64,000 nt of DNA, from NCBI GenBank assembly GCA_963803705.1, contig CAWDNU010000004.1:64001-128000 (forward strand), in the 5' to 3' direction. This stretch comes from an uncultured Pseudobdellovibrionaceae bacterium. Lineage in GTDB: Bacteria; Bdellovibrionota; Bdellovibrionia; Bdellovibrionales; UBA1609. Under the pieces are notes generated by a model, which ran no database searches, had not been told where the DNA came from, and worked only from the letters and a program-made list of their open reading frames with translations. Positions 1 through 9,875 of the stretch are shown one piece after another; within the stretch, counting starts at the first letter, position 1, and each line of letters begins with the position of its first letter. A program made the position numbers and the translations under genes.

Positions 1-310
1 TACTCAAGACCATGTTTTTCTTTTATTTCAGAATTATGTTGGAAGCCATTTTTTAGATATAAGTGAATAGCTGCTTCACAAGCGGAATAAGTGAGCAAAT
101 AGCAGTTTTAAATTTTATTTTTAATATTAAATTCAAGATAGTTAATATCATAAAAGTCTTGCTTGTAGGATTTTTGGTAGACAACGATTTTCAATATAAG
201 TACCAACTAACTTTGTTTAAATTAAAACTTAACGTCTAAGTTTGCATTGGCTAAAAGATATTTAACACCTAATGCCACATATTAGGGCCTGTGAAAGATT
301 CATCTAATTA

Positions 311-340
311 AAAAAAAAGGAGCCATAAGGCCCCTTCTTT
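311..340 (-). terminator. Intrinsic terminator of sodB
   Basis: On the minus strand, hairpin AAGGGGCC-TTAT-GGCTCCTT followed by a T run, just past the sodB stop. Confidence 0.7.
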
Positions 341-369
341 GTCATAGTCTTAGCGTTAGATTTCTAGGA

Positions 370-954
370 TTAAGCGCTAAAATTTTTCGCTGCAAATTCC
401 CAATTTACTAAGTTCCAAAATGCTTCTATATATTTTGGTCGCGCATTCCGGTAATCCACATAGTATGCATGCTCCCATACGTCACATGTCATTAGTGCGG
501 TTATGTCTTTCTGGGTAACAGGTGTTTCTGCATTTGACGTTGTGGCAATATCTAATGACCCGTCAGATTTTTTGACAAGCCAAGCCCAACCCGAGCCAAA
601 CTGTCCAGCGGCAGCTTTGGAAAACTCATCTTTAAAGGTCTGAAAATCCCCCCATTTCTTTGTGATTGCTTCTGCCAGATCCCCAGTGGGCTCGCCACCA
701 CCGTCTGGAGATAGCGAATTCCAATAAAAGGAATGATTCCAAACCTGCGCGGCGTTATTAAAAGTTCCACCACTTGCAGAGCGAACAATATCTTCTAGCG
801 ATTTTTCTGCATCTGGAGTTCCTTCAACGGCCGAGTTTAACTTGTCGACATAAGATTTATGATGCTTTCCATAATGATACTCGATTGTTTCAGCTGAAAT
901 ATGAGGTGCAAGAGCATCTTTCGAGTAATTCAGTTCAGGTAATGTAAATGGCAC
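370..954 (-). CDS. sodB: Fe/Mn superoxide dismutase (Fe-type likely)
   Basis: HYGKHH, FNNAAQVWNH, FGSGWAWL and DVWEHAYY motifs; AAGGAG RBS before GTG start. Confidence 0.95.
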   Translation of the reverse strand: MPFTLPELNYSKDALAPHISAETIEYHYGKHHKSYVDKLNSAVEGTPDAEKSLEDIVRSASGGTFNNAAQVWNHSFYWNSLSPDGGGEPTGDLAEAITKKWGDFQTFKDEFSKAAAGQFGSGWAWLVKKSDGSLDIATTSNAETPVTQKDITALMTCDVWEHAYYVDYRNARPKYIEAFWNLVNWEFAAKNFSA

Positions 955-1078
955 TTTAAACTCCTTTGTTGCCCTTAGAAATTAGTTATAACTCAAGGGC
1001 TTTTAATTGTGATTATTTATAGTACTATAGCGCTCTAAACAATAATTTGTCCACAATTTGTCTGATCAAGGAATGTCA

Positions 1079-1804
1079 ATGGAACTGAGTCTCAAAACAT
1101 GGATGCAGATCGAAGACTATCTGAAAGAATCTAAAACTCTTATTGTGCCAGTTGGCTCCACAGAGCAACACGGACCAACGGGCTTGTTGGGCACAGATTA
1201 CATCACCGCCTTAGAAATCAGCAAACAAGTGGGAATAAAATCTAAACGCCTTGTTGCGCCAAGTCTTAACTACGGAATGGCAAATCACCATATCGGTTTT
1301 GCTGGAAGCGCTAGTCTAATGCCATCAACCTATATCTTAGTCATTAAAGATCTAGTTGAAAGTTGGAAGTCCCAAGGCTTTGAAAACTTTTTGTTTATAA
1401 ATGGACATGGGGGAAACATAGCACCGCTTACTTCAGCTTTTTCGGAGATAAAAAGAGGTGAAGAAAATTCTAAATTTTCACTGATCAATTGGTGGCATTT
1501 GAAACCAGTGAGAGACTACGAAGATAATGCCTTTAAGGATCAAAACGGTCATCATGCTACTTGTGGTGAAGTCTCTGTTACTCAATATTTCAGATCAGAC
1601 GCTTTTAAAGATATACCTCAACAAAACTTTGCTGTTGAAAACACAAAATCTCATTGGCCACTTAGTGCCTCAGAGATGAAAACGTTTTACCCTGATGGAC
1701 GTATGGGATCAAATCCAGGCTTAGCCACACCAGAACACGGCGAAAAGATTGCCAAGATTGCGACTGATCATATATGTGAACTTTTGTCTTATTGGGGTTT
1801 TTGA
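1079..1804 (+). CDS. Creatininase-family amidohydrolase
   Basis: PVGSTEQHGP, GTD, NGHGGN and HA..GE motifs; start placed at the ATG after AAGGA. Confidence 0.88.
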   Translation: MELSLKTWMQIEDYLKESKTLIVPVGSTEQHGPTGLLGTDYITALEISKQVGIKSKRLVAPSLNYGMANHHIGFAGSASLMPSTYILVIKDLVESWKSQGFENFLFINGHGGNIAPLTSAFSEIKRGEENSKFSLINWWHLKPVRDYEDNAFKDQNGHHATCGEVSVTQYFRSDAFKDIPQQNFAVENTKSHWPLSASEMKTFYPDGRMGSNPGLATPEHGEKIAKIATDHICELLSYWGF

Positions 1805-2757
1805 TGTTTGAGAAGGTAAAGCTCGATCAATTAGTTTCTCATGACTTAAAAGGTGATCCTAGGCTAATTGGTTGGCTACAGAAAAGTATCGATGACTCTG
1901 ATTACGTTGTCATGGGTTATCCTGATGATGAGGGCATTCAGAACAATGCGGGTAGAAAGGGCGCAGCCTTTGCTCCGGATATTATAAGAAAATATCTTTA
2001 TAATATGAGACCCTCAATCTTATCTAACTCCGAGCCAGCAAAAATTTATGATTACGGCAATTTAAAAATTGAGAAAAGCCTTGAAACTAGACACCAAACT
2101 GCAATAGGTTTTGTGGAGCGAATCCTAGACCAGGGCAAAACAATACTTAGCTTTGGCGGTGGTCATGATTATGGGTATGTGGATGGAAAATCGTTTTTAA
2201 ACTTTTGTTCTGATAGTACTAGTAAGCCTTTAATCGTAAATTTTGATGCACACTTCGATGTAAGGGCAACTGACAAAGGTATCACAAGTGGAACACCTTT
2301 TTACAGACTGCTTGAGGAAGATGTTTTTGATTTTGTAGAAATAGGAATTCAAGAACAGTGTAACACTAAAGCTCATTATGAATATCTAAAAAGCAAAGGT
2401 GCCAGCATATTATTTTTATCAGACCTTTTGGTTAACGGTGAGTTTAAATATCAAAAATTTTTGGATTTTTTCGAAAAATTAAATATTAAAAATACAACTT
2501 GTTTTCTTAGTGTAGATATAGATGCATTCTCTAACGCATATGCACCCGGCTGTAGCCAGTCTTTTGCAACCGGTTTTGACCCACAGATGTTTTTTTCGAT
2601 GTTTGATTACTTGATCCAAAACTATTATGTTCGTGCCTTAGGTATTTATGAAGTTTCGCCCACACTTGACCTAGACGATCACACCTCAAAATTAGCAGCC
2701 CTTATTGCGTATAAATTTCTGAATCTTAAACAATACTTAAGGACTAAAAATGAATAA
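1804..2757 (+). CDS. hutG: Formimidoylglutamase (arginase/ureohydrolase family)
   Basis: GYPDDEGI..N.GR.GA, GGGHDY, NFDAHFDVR, SGTPF and SVDIDAF motifs; TGATG overlap with upstream gene. Confidence 0.85.
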   Translation: MFEKVKLDQLVSHDLKGDPRLIGWLQKSIDDSDYVVMGYPDDEGIQNNAGRKGAAFAPDIIRKYLYNMRPSILSNSEPAKIYDYGNLKIEKSLETRHQTAIGFVERILDQGKTILSFGGGHDYGYVDGKSFLNFCSDSTSKPLIVNFDAHFDVRATDKGITSGTPFYRLLEEDVFDFVEIGIQEQCNTKAHYEYLKSKGASILFLSDLLVNGEFKYQKFLDFFEKLNIKNTTCFLSVDIDAFSNAYAPGCSQSFATGFDPQMFFSMFDYLIQNYYVRALGIYEVSPTLDLDDHTSKLAALIAYKFLNLKQYLRTKNE

Positions 2758-3844
2758 ATTGGCTGATCAAGTAGAATCCAAACCAACAAGAAGTTTAGCA
2801 AGCGACAACCATAGCGGGGTTCATCCGCAAATTTTGGTTGGTCTAGGCGATGTAAATCTTAACCACCATCATAGTTATGAAGGTGATCCGTTTACATCGA
2901 AATTGAAGTCTACAGTTAAAGATATATTTGGTCAGACTTTCGAAAGCTTTATGGTTTTTAATGGCACCGCGGCTAATGTGCTGGCTTTGCAGCACTTTCT
3001 AAAGCCCTGGAACTCGGTCATATGCGCCGAAGAGAGTCATCTTAATTTAGATGAATGTGGTGCTCCTGAAAGATTTATTGGATGCAAGCTAGATTTGGTA
3101 AAAACCAAAGATGGAAAATTAAAAGCTGAAGATATCGAAAATAAAATGATCCGGGGTGGGGATCAACATTATAGCCAGCCCAAGGCTGTGTCCATAACTC
3201 AACCCACAGAATATGGTACAGTTTATAGTCTTAACGAGTTAGAAAAGATTTCGGCGATTTGCAAGAAACATAATTTGTATCTGCACATCGATGGCGCCAG
3301 ATTTTGCAACGCTGTTATACATCTAAATACGGACCTTAAATCTTTGGCAAATTTTGCTGATGCTATAAGTTTTGGAGGCACAAAAAATGGCCTGCTCGGT
3401 TGCGAACTTGTACTAATTAAGTCAAGCTCTTCAGATAGTGTGAATGAATTTAGATTTGAACGAAAACAAGCCATGCAGTTGCCATCAAAAACAAGATTTA
3501 TAGCTAAGCAGTTTCTAACATATTTTGAAGATGATCTTTGGAAACAAATCTCCACGCATTCGCTGCTGATGGCTGACAAGCTAGAAAAAGAACTAAGAAA
3601 GATTCCTGAAATCAAAGTTTTGCTTCCTGTTCAGTCTAATGCTGTTTTTTGTGAAATTCCTAAAACTTGGATCAAAGAACTTAAAAAAGAGATTTTTTTC
3701 TATGTGTGGGAACAGAAGCGTTCGATAATAAGATTGATGACAAGCTTTGATACAACTGAAGATGACCTAAATTTATTTCTGAAAAAAGCACGAATTCTTT
3801 CATCAAAAGGTCAAAAAATTCAAAGAGATTTGTATGTCAGATAA
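2750..3844 (+). CDS. ltaE: Low-specificity L-threonine aldolase (PLP)
   Basis: ASDNHSG, FNGTAAN, TQPTEYGTVY, HIDGARF and FGGTKNG (PLP lysine) motifs. Confidence 0.88.
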   Translation: MNKLADQVESKPTRSLASDNHSGVHPQILVGLGDVNLNHHHSYEGDPFTSKLKSTVKDIFGQTFESFMVFNGTAANVLALQHFLKPWNSVICAEESHLNLDECGAPERFIGCKLDLVKTKDGKLKAEDIENKMIRGGDQHYSQPKAVSITQPTEYGTVYSLNELEKISAICKKHNLYLHIDGARFCNAVIHLNTDLKSLANFADAISFGGTKNGLLGCELVLIKSSSSDSVNEFRFERKQAMQLPSKTRFIAKQFLTYFEDDLWKQISTHSLLMADKLEKELRKIPEIKVLLPVQSNAVFCEIPKTWIKELKKEIFFYVWEQKRSIIRLMTSFDTTEDDLNLFLKKARILSSKGQKIQRDLYVR

Positions 3845-4892
3845 AAATTTTAATTACACAAGTTACTTAAAAATTTCCGGAATTACAGCTCAACAAGATC
3901 TTATGAGCGTAAAACATCAGGGCAAGCCAGCTCATGACGAAATGTTATTTATAATTGTTCATCAAACCTATGAGTTGTGGTTTAAGCAAATTTTGTGGGA
4001 AATTGATTCAATTATTGAGCTGTTCAACAAAAATTTTGTAAAAGATGCAGAGCTACAAACAGCTAATCATCGGCTCAAGCGCATTGTCGAAATTCAGCGT
4101 CTTCTTATTTCTCAAATAGATGTGCTAGAAACTATGACGCCACTTGAGTTTCTAGAGTTTAGAAACCTTTTATTTTCAGCATCTGGGTTTCAGAGCGCCC
4201 AGTTTAGACTGATCGAAAACAAAATGGGTTTAAAATCAAAGGATAGATCAATTATTGGGGGGTGTCCCTACCACCAGTTTTTAGATCAGAAAGAAAGCAA
4301 AGATGTTCAGGATTCAGAACTGAGTTCTACACTTTTTTCGTGCGTTGAGAAATGGCTAGAGCGAACTCCCTTTCTTCAAGTTGACCAGTATGATTTTTGG
4401 AGTGAGTACAAGGTCGCCGTTGGAAAAATGTTTGACCAAGAAAAAGTCTACATTTTAGAACATGTTGAAAATACAGAAAATCAGATATCTTCTTTAAAAA
4501 AACTAGAGCAAGAGAGAGTAAATTTTAGAATGATCACCGATGAAGATACTTTTAATCAATACAAGCAGGAAAGCTTTTGGAAGCTTTCCTACAAAGCATT
4601 GATGGCAGCCCTATTTATTCAAGTGTATAGGTCAAGTCCAAAGCTAACTCCTGCATTTCAAATGATCACTTATCTGATCGACATTGACGAAAAATGGACA
4701 ATGTGGCGCTACCGGCATGCACAAATGGCAGGTCGCATGTTAGGCCAGAAAGTAGGTACTGGCGGGTCTTCGGGCTCGGAATATTTGAAAAGTGCTGCTG
4801 AAAAGCACAAGATCTTTAGTGACTTTTATAAGCTTTCGACTTTTTTTATCCCGGCTTCACATCTTCCCGAACTACCCGATCACCTGGCTTAA
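3834..4892 (+). CDS. kynA: Tryptophan 2,3-dioxygenase (long form)
   Basis: HDEMLFIIVHQTYELWFKQ, ASGFQS.QFR, WRYRH and GTGGSSG motifs. Confidence 0.93.
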   Translation: MSDKNFNYTSYLKISGITAQQDLMSVKHQGKPAHDEMLFIIVHQTYELWFKQILWEIDSIIELFNKNFVKDAELQTANHRLKRIVEIQRLLISQIDVLETMTPLEFLEFRNLLFSASGFQSAQFRLIENKMGLKSKDRSIIGGCPYHQFLDQKESKDVQDSELSSTLFSCVEKWLERTPFLQVDQYDFWSEYKVAVGKMFDQEKVYILEHVENTENQISSLKKLEQERVNFRMITDEDTFNQYKQESFWKLSYKALMAALFIQVYRSSPKLTPAFQMITYLIDIDEKWTMWRYRHAQMAGRMLGQKVGTGGSSGSEYLKSAAEKHKIFSDFYKLSTFFIPASHLPELPDHLA

Positions 4893-4893
4893 G

Positions 4894-4984
4894 AACTTAG
4901 GTGCTACATTAGGTGCCCGGTTCCGAACGCTGGCTGCGCCCTGGCAAGCGTTCGGAACCTGGCACCTAATGTAGCACCTAAGTT
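4894..4984. repeat. Long near-perfect inverted repeat (REP/REPIN-like)
   Basis: 38-bp arms at 4894-4931 and 4947-4984 with one mismatch. Confidence 0.9.
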
Positions 4985-5079
4985 TGGTTGGAAGTTGAGC
5001 CTGGTCTAGTTATGCAAATTTTTTTGTAATACTTAGGCTGGAAATATCCTGGGTATCGATAAGGTGCTAGAGTATAAAA

Positions 5080-5775
5080 ATGAAGCACGGTATCCTTATC
5101 TTAGTATGTACGCTGTTATCTCAAACCACTTTTGCCAACTGCCCGACTGAACTTTCAAAGAGTCAGCTTTTAGGAAAAGTTTCCGATCCCTCTAAATTCT
5201 ACACTCCTATAAGAAGCTATTGTAGTGACGAGTTACTTAATATTTTTAGCAATTGCATAGAATCGGATTCTGCCGAACAAACTTTGTTTTTTGGTTCAAG
5301 AGAAAAGCATTATGAAAGCACGAAGACAGCTGATTGTCCCTTCGGATATGCTACTGAAGCAAGAGGCGGATATTTGCGCTTTCAAAAGTTTAATGGCAAA
5401 CCTGTTTGCTTAGAACCTTGCGAAACTATGGCCGTGGGTAAGTTTTTTAGAGACCAAGATAAGTTTGGTGCAAAAAGAGCTTTGAATATCGGAGATCAAA
5501 TTTATATTCCACAACTTAAGGGCCTTCGGTGCGGTAAAAAAATACATAAGGGTTGCGTGCGAGTAAGCCACTTTATCGAGTACACAGATAAACCCATTGT
5601 AGATTTATATTCTGGCATTTGCAGCTCGAGTATTAGTAGAGGTGTTTGTAGAAAATCAAATGATTCAGATCTTCCTAAGGTGATTTCGATTTATAAGGTA
5701 GAAAACTTACGAAACCCCGCGAATGCGGAAAATCAGATCTCTTTTGATACTGAAGATTATCTACTGAACTTTTGA
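5080..5775 (+). CDS. Secreted Cys-rich hypothetical protein with a degenerate 3D (MltA-like) domain
   Basis: Signal peptide; PCETMAVG...IGDQIYIPQLKG...HKGCVRV...VDLYSG resembles the 3D-domain pattern. Confidence 0.55.
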   Translation: MKHGILILVCTLLSQTTFANCPTELSKSQLLGKVSDPSKFYTPIRSYCSDELLNIFSNCIESDSAEQTLFFGSREKHYESTKTADCPFGYATEARGGYLRFQKFNGKPVCLEPCETMAVGKFFRDQDKFGAKRALNIGDQIYIPQLKGLRCGKKIHKGCVRVSHFIEYTDKPIVDLYSGICSSSISRGVCRKSNDSDLPKVISIYKVENLRNPANAENQISFDTEDYLLNF

Positions 5776-5794
5776 TTGAGTCTAAGATCCTAGT

Positions 5795-5919
5795 GGGCCT
5801 GTTGAAAAAGTATTAGATTCTAGGCGTCCAAGCTTAAAATCGAATGAGTCGTAGTTTATCTACGTCGAATGAGATTTAAGCGAAGGCAACAACGAAGATG
5901 ATGCTTTTTCAGCAGGCCC
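5795..5919 (+). mobile_element. 125-bp MITE, copy 1
   Basis: Terminal inverted repeats GGGCCTGTTGAAAAAG/CTTTTTCAGCAGGCCC; flanking 4-bp direct repeat TAGT; near-identical to 11728-11852 in reverse orientation. Confidence 0.9.
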
Positions 5920-5925
5920 TAGTGT

Positions 5926-6561
5926 TTATTTGCACAATATAGCCCGTACGGGTGAAGCATCACCGTCTTTAATTTTCAGGGGCAATGCAATCAATTGATA
6001 TTGACCCACTGGCACGTCCTCTAAAACCAAACCTTCCAATATGGACATATTGTTTTTTAGAACTGCTTGATGAGATTCAAGTTTTTTAGAAGTTGCGGGA
6101 TCTATTGATGGCGTATCTAAACCAACAAGCAGTACTCCGCTGTCTGCTAATGCCTGGACCACTTCTGGTGATAGGGACACAAAATCATTGGACCATTCAT
6201 TAGGTCGAAATGAATTAGTCTTAAATAAAACTCGCGGGCTTGCAACGCTGTTTATTTCAAAATCGTGTAGCGAAATTCTTTGGTTAAAAGCCGTGTTCAC
6301 CTCGATCACCTGACAGTGGCCCATATATGTTCTTAAATCTTTTTGATCTATACCAGGTTCATTTGGGCCATAATGGCTTACGGCGTCTGCATGTGCCCCA
6401 ATGTGCAAGGTTGTTGTCATAGAGGATAGGTCCAGATGGGCTCCTTGCTCTTGAGACATTAATACGTTTCTCTCGAAGGCCACATCACCCGGAAAGACCG
6501 CTGTTTGTTCAGAGATCAGAGGGGATATATCATAGATCTCGTTAAAATCGTCGAAGTGCAT
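5926..6561 (-). CDS. kynB: Kynurenine formamidase (cyclase family)
   Basis: FPGD, HIGAHADA, GLDTPSID, ILEGL and DASPVRAIL motifs. Confidence 0.88.
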   Translation of the reverse strand: MHFDDFNEIYDISPLISEQTAVFPGDVAFERNVLMSQEQGAHLDLSSMTTTLHIGAHADAVSHYGPNEPGIDQKDLRTYMGHCQVIEVNTAFNQRISLHDFEINSVASPRVLFKTNSFRPNEWSNDFVSLSPEVVQALADSGVLLVGLDTPSIDPATSKKLESHQAVLKNNMSILEGLVLEDVPVGQYQLIALPLKIKDGDASPVRAILCK

Positions 6562-6564
6562 AAA

Positions 6565-7254
6565 TTAAAGCCCTTTTAGTTTGTCTAAAACTTGGTCCAC
6601 ATGCCCCTTAACTTTGACCCCTCGGAACTCGGCCACCAAAACACTATCAGCGTTAAATATAAACGTACTTCTATCAATTCCTAGGTACTTGCGACCATAC
6701 ATATTTTTTTCTTTAATCACACCAAAAATTTTACAGAGCTTTTCATCTTCGTCGCTAATCAATGCATGCTTGTAATTTTGTTTTTCAATAAATTTTTGAT
6801 GTGAGATCAAGCTGTCTCTTGAAATCCCAAACACCATTGCTTTAAGTTTTAATATTTCGTCTAATGCTGAGGTAAAATCGTGTCCCTCTATTGTACAGCC
6901 TGATGTGTGATCTTTTGGATAAAAGTATAAAATTACATTCTTACCCTTGTATTTTGAAATATTAAATGTGCCATTCGTTGATAAAAAATCTAGCGCTGGC
7001 ATCTTTTGTCCTAGGGTCAGACCTTTATTTTTAGAAACTTTCTTGCCTGACGAAGTCAAAGCCTTTTTATTTTGTACTAACTTCTTTGGTGCCGCTTTCT
7101 TACCATTTATTTTTTTTTCCGCCACCTTTTTCTTAGTTGTTTTTTTATTTATATTATCACTTGCCGATGCTTTAGCTGACTTTTTTTCGACAGATTTTTT
7201 GGCTGCCTTTTTTCTTGTTGCAGTTACTTTTTTTTTGGTCATTTTTTTCCCCAT
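6565..7254 (-). CDS. bcp: BCP/PrxQ peroxiredoxin with Lys/Ala-rich N-terminal extension
   Basis: YFYPKDHTSGCT and KNMYGRKYLGIDRSTF motifs; ~78-aa basic low-complexity N-terminus. Confidence 0.85.
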   Translation of the reverse strand: MGKKMTKKKVTATRKKAAKKSVEKKSAKASASDNINKKTTKKKVAEKKINGKKAAPKKLVQNKKALTSSGKKVSKNKGLTLGQKMPALDFLSTNGTFNISKYKGKNVILYFYPKDHTSGCTIEGHDFTSALDEILKLKAMVFGISRDSLISHQKFIEKQNYKHALISDEDEKLCKIFGVIKEKNMYGRKYLGIDRSTFIFNADSVLVAEFRGVKVKGHVDQVLDKLKGL

Positions 7255-7396
7255 TTGAAAATCATATTCTTAATTTTACATAACTAGGCCAATAATCGAC
7301 CGATACTGACTACATAAAATAGTCAGATTAAATTGAATGAAAACTTGCCATACTTGTCAATCATAGACTAATTTAATCAATCACTTAGGAGAATTA

Positions 7397-8656
7397 ATGA
7401 GCAAGCTACAAGCGCCCAGAGGATGTCCTGATATTTTCCCTAAAGAGGTCATAAGAAGAAACTTTATTCTTAAAACTGCCCGTCTCTTAGCAAGTAAATA
7501 TGGCTTTAAAGAACATGAAACCCCCATATTTGAACATTCCAGTGTTTTTGAGAAAAATTTAGGTGAAGGCACCGATGTAGTATCCAAAGAGATGTACAGC
7601 TTCATTGATAAGGGTGGCGAGTCTCTGACCCTTCGCCCCGAAGCCACAGCAAGCGTTGCAAGGCTATTTATAAGCCATAAGCTTTATCGTGAAGTGCCTT
7701 ACAAAGTCTTTTATCATGGTCCCATGTTTAGGCATGAAAGGCCTCAGAGGGGGCGCCAACGTCAGTTCACGCAAATAGGTGTTGAAAATATTGGTCTTAA
7801 AAACCCAAAAATCGATGCAGAGACCATAGCGCTAGGCTACCAACTGGTTCAAACTTTGGTCCCAGAGCAGCAGTGGCAGGTAGAAATTAATAATATTGGA
7901 AACTCTGAGGATCGCGAAAAATATAAGAAAGTTTTAGTCGAATTTTTAAATGATCACAAAAAAGATCTTTCTGAAGACAGCCAAAATCGCCTTTACACTA
8001 ATCCGCTTAGGATATTGGATAGTAAATCTGAATCCGATCAAAATCTTTTGGATAGCGCTCCAGAAGTTTGTACCTTTATCAACGGATCAAGCAAAACTGA
8101 ATTTGATCAGGTAAAAATATTGTTAGAAGCTTTGAAAATACCGTTTAAACTTAACCCCAGATTAGTCCGAGGTTTAGATTATTACAATGACACTGTTTTT
8201 GAAATCACTAGCTCTACTTTGGGGGCCCAGAATGCAGTGTTGGCTGGCGGTAGATATGACAATCTAATTGAAGGCATGGGTGGTCAAAAATGCCCTAGCT
8301 TTGGTTGGGCCGCAGGTTTAGAACGGCTCAGCCTTTTGTTTGGTGAAATGCCTGAAACCAAGAATTTTAAAATTGGCGTCATAGACATTAACCATAGTGA
8401 AGATGTCTATTTAAGTGAGGTTTGTCACATTCTAAGAAGCCAAAGCTCTTCAGCTCAACAAAAAAATGCTGAAATCTATTGGAGCGAAACTGGCAATTTT
8501 TCAAAGCAAATGAAAAAAAGCGAAAGTTATGGCTGTGACTATGTGATAATTTTTGGTCCTGACGAGATTAAATCACAAAATTTACAGATCAAGAACCTTC
8601 AAACTGGACACCAATTAAGTCTGGCAAAAAAAGACCTTCAAAATTTTAATTTTTAA
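7397..8656 (+). CDS. hisS: Histidyl-tRNA synthetase
   Basis: LRPEATAS, FRHERPQRGR.RQF, LVRGLDYY and GGRYD motifs; AGGAG RBS. Confidence 0.97.
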   Translation: MSKLQAPRGCPDIFPKEVIRRNFILKTARLLASKYGFKEHETPIFEHSSVFEKNLGEGTDVVSKEMYSFIDKGGESLTLRPEATASVARLFISHKLYREVPYKVFYHGPMFRHERPQRGRQRQFTQIGVENIGLKNPKIDAETIALGYQLVQTLVPEQQWQVEINNIGNSEDREKYKKVLVEFLNDHKKDLSEDSQNRLYTNPLRILDSKSESDQNLLDSAPEVCTFINGSSKTEFDQVKILLEALKIPFKLNPRLVRGLDYYNDTVFEITSSTLGAQNAVLAGGRYDNLIEGMGGQKCPSFGWAAGLERLSLLFGEMPETKNFKIGVIDINHSEDVYLSEVCHILRSQSSSAQQKNAEIYWSETGNFSKQMKKSESYGCDYVIIFGPDEIKSQNLQIKNLQTGHQLSLAKKDLQNFNF

Positions 8657-8765
8657 ATTCTGTTTGCAGTTTTTGGTCAATGAACAAATAAGTGCAGCCA
8701 AGCAAGAACTTAGTTTAACCTTCATTTTCTTGCACAGGTGCTTCGTTTGCCACCGTCTAATTAGT

Positions 8766-9764
8766 CTAAAATTTTCTAAAATATAGTTTATTTATTTTTT
8801 CAAGATCCCCAGCACTAAGATCTTTGTTTTCAGATATAATATCGCCATTTGGATTTGTAACTATTGAGTTAAGACCACTTTCCGTAACAAAGGCCTTAGA
8901 TTGATAAATTAAAATTGAATTTACATCTATGCCCTCGCTGATATTAGAATACATTCTTTGAAATGGCTCTGGCATAATATCAAAATTGATAAGCTTATCT
9001 TTTTTAATATTTTCGTAGAGCACGGTTAAATACTGGTTTCTCATGTCCCTCTGATGCTCGTGTATAAAGCCCAAAGCATGCATCACTTCATGCTTTATAT
9101 CCGTAGTTTGGCAATCAGAATTCAAAAAGATGGGTTGCGCCCCACCAACACGCCCGACATAGCTGGCACACAGTTCCTTTAAAAATGAAAAGACCACGAA
9201 GTCTTTGTCATAGCCAGAATATGGTAGAAATCGAATAGAGCTTTTAGCTTCAAAATCTGTCAGCGCTTTTTCAATTTTTGTCCTTAACCCGGTCGGCAGG
9301 TTATTATCAAATGCGATGGGAACCTCAGCATTTGGCCAGATTTTAACTTCGCCTGCAAACAAAGTTTGTTGAGTTCGAGGGCTTACAACTTTAGGACGAC
9401 CTAATAATATATCCCCCCCCGCAACTGCATATCCTGCCACAACTTTAAATTTTAGACTGGTTGAAGGATCAAACTTCTTTTTCTTAGCCTCTAAATTAAT
9501 AAGTTCTTTTTTTGTACCACTAGATGCAGGTTTTGGAAGGCCAGGACTTTTTAAGCTTTCGCCGTAAGCTAAAGTTTTCTTTTTCACCAATGGTGCTGAT
9601 GATGAAGTTGGTAAATCATTTTTGTTAAATAATAAATTTGGGCTGCTGATGTTTTCTATAAGCGAATCGTTTTTTTTAGCTTTCCAGAAAAAGCCCACCA
9701 ATAGTGAGATACCCAGTAAAAACGCACACAGAAAAGAGAAACCTGATTTTGAGCTCACAACCAT
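8766..9764 (-). CDS. Astacin (M12A) family zinc metalloprotease
   Basis: HEVMHALGFIHEHQRDMRN zinc motif, CASYVGRVGG, N-terminal hydrophobic anchor. Confidence 0.88.
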   Translation of the reverse strand: MVVSSKSGFSFLCAFLLGISLLVGFFWKAKKNDSLIENISSPNLLFNKNDLPTSSSAPLVKKKTLAYGESLKSPGLPKPASSGTKKELINLEAKKKKFDPSTSLKFKVVAGYAVAGGDILLGRPKVVSPRTQQTLFAGEVKIWPNAEVPIAFDNNLPTGLRTKIEKALTDFEAKSSIRFLPYSGYDKDFVVFSFLKELCASYVGRVGGAQPIFLNSDCQTTDIKHEVMHALGFIHEHQRDMRNQYLTVLYENIKKDKLINFDIMPEPFQRMYSNISEGIDVNSILIYQSKAFVTESGLNSIVTNPNGDIISENKDLSAGDLEKINKLYFRKF

Positions 9765-9875
9765 AAGATAGTGCCCAAGAATTAAGATAACAACAAGCTC
9801 TTACAGACTTTGTTAGCTATGATAAAAGTTTAGGCTTGTCTTTTTATGATATTAAGTTAATTTATTTTTTCATGT

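Noticed and set aside
284..304. GGGCCTGTGAAAGATTCATC resembling the MITE end
   Set aside because: Short degenerate match with no partner inverted repeat or target duplication
4792..4974. 60-aa ORF over the kynA end
   Set aside because: Runs through the palindrome, has no RBS and is probably spurious
6947..7258. Phe-rich hydrophobic 103-aa ORF
   Set aside because: Mirror of the Lys codons in the bcp N-terminal tail
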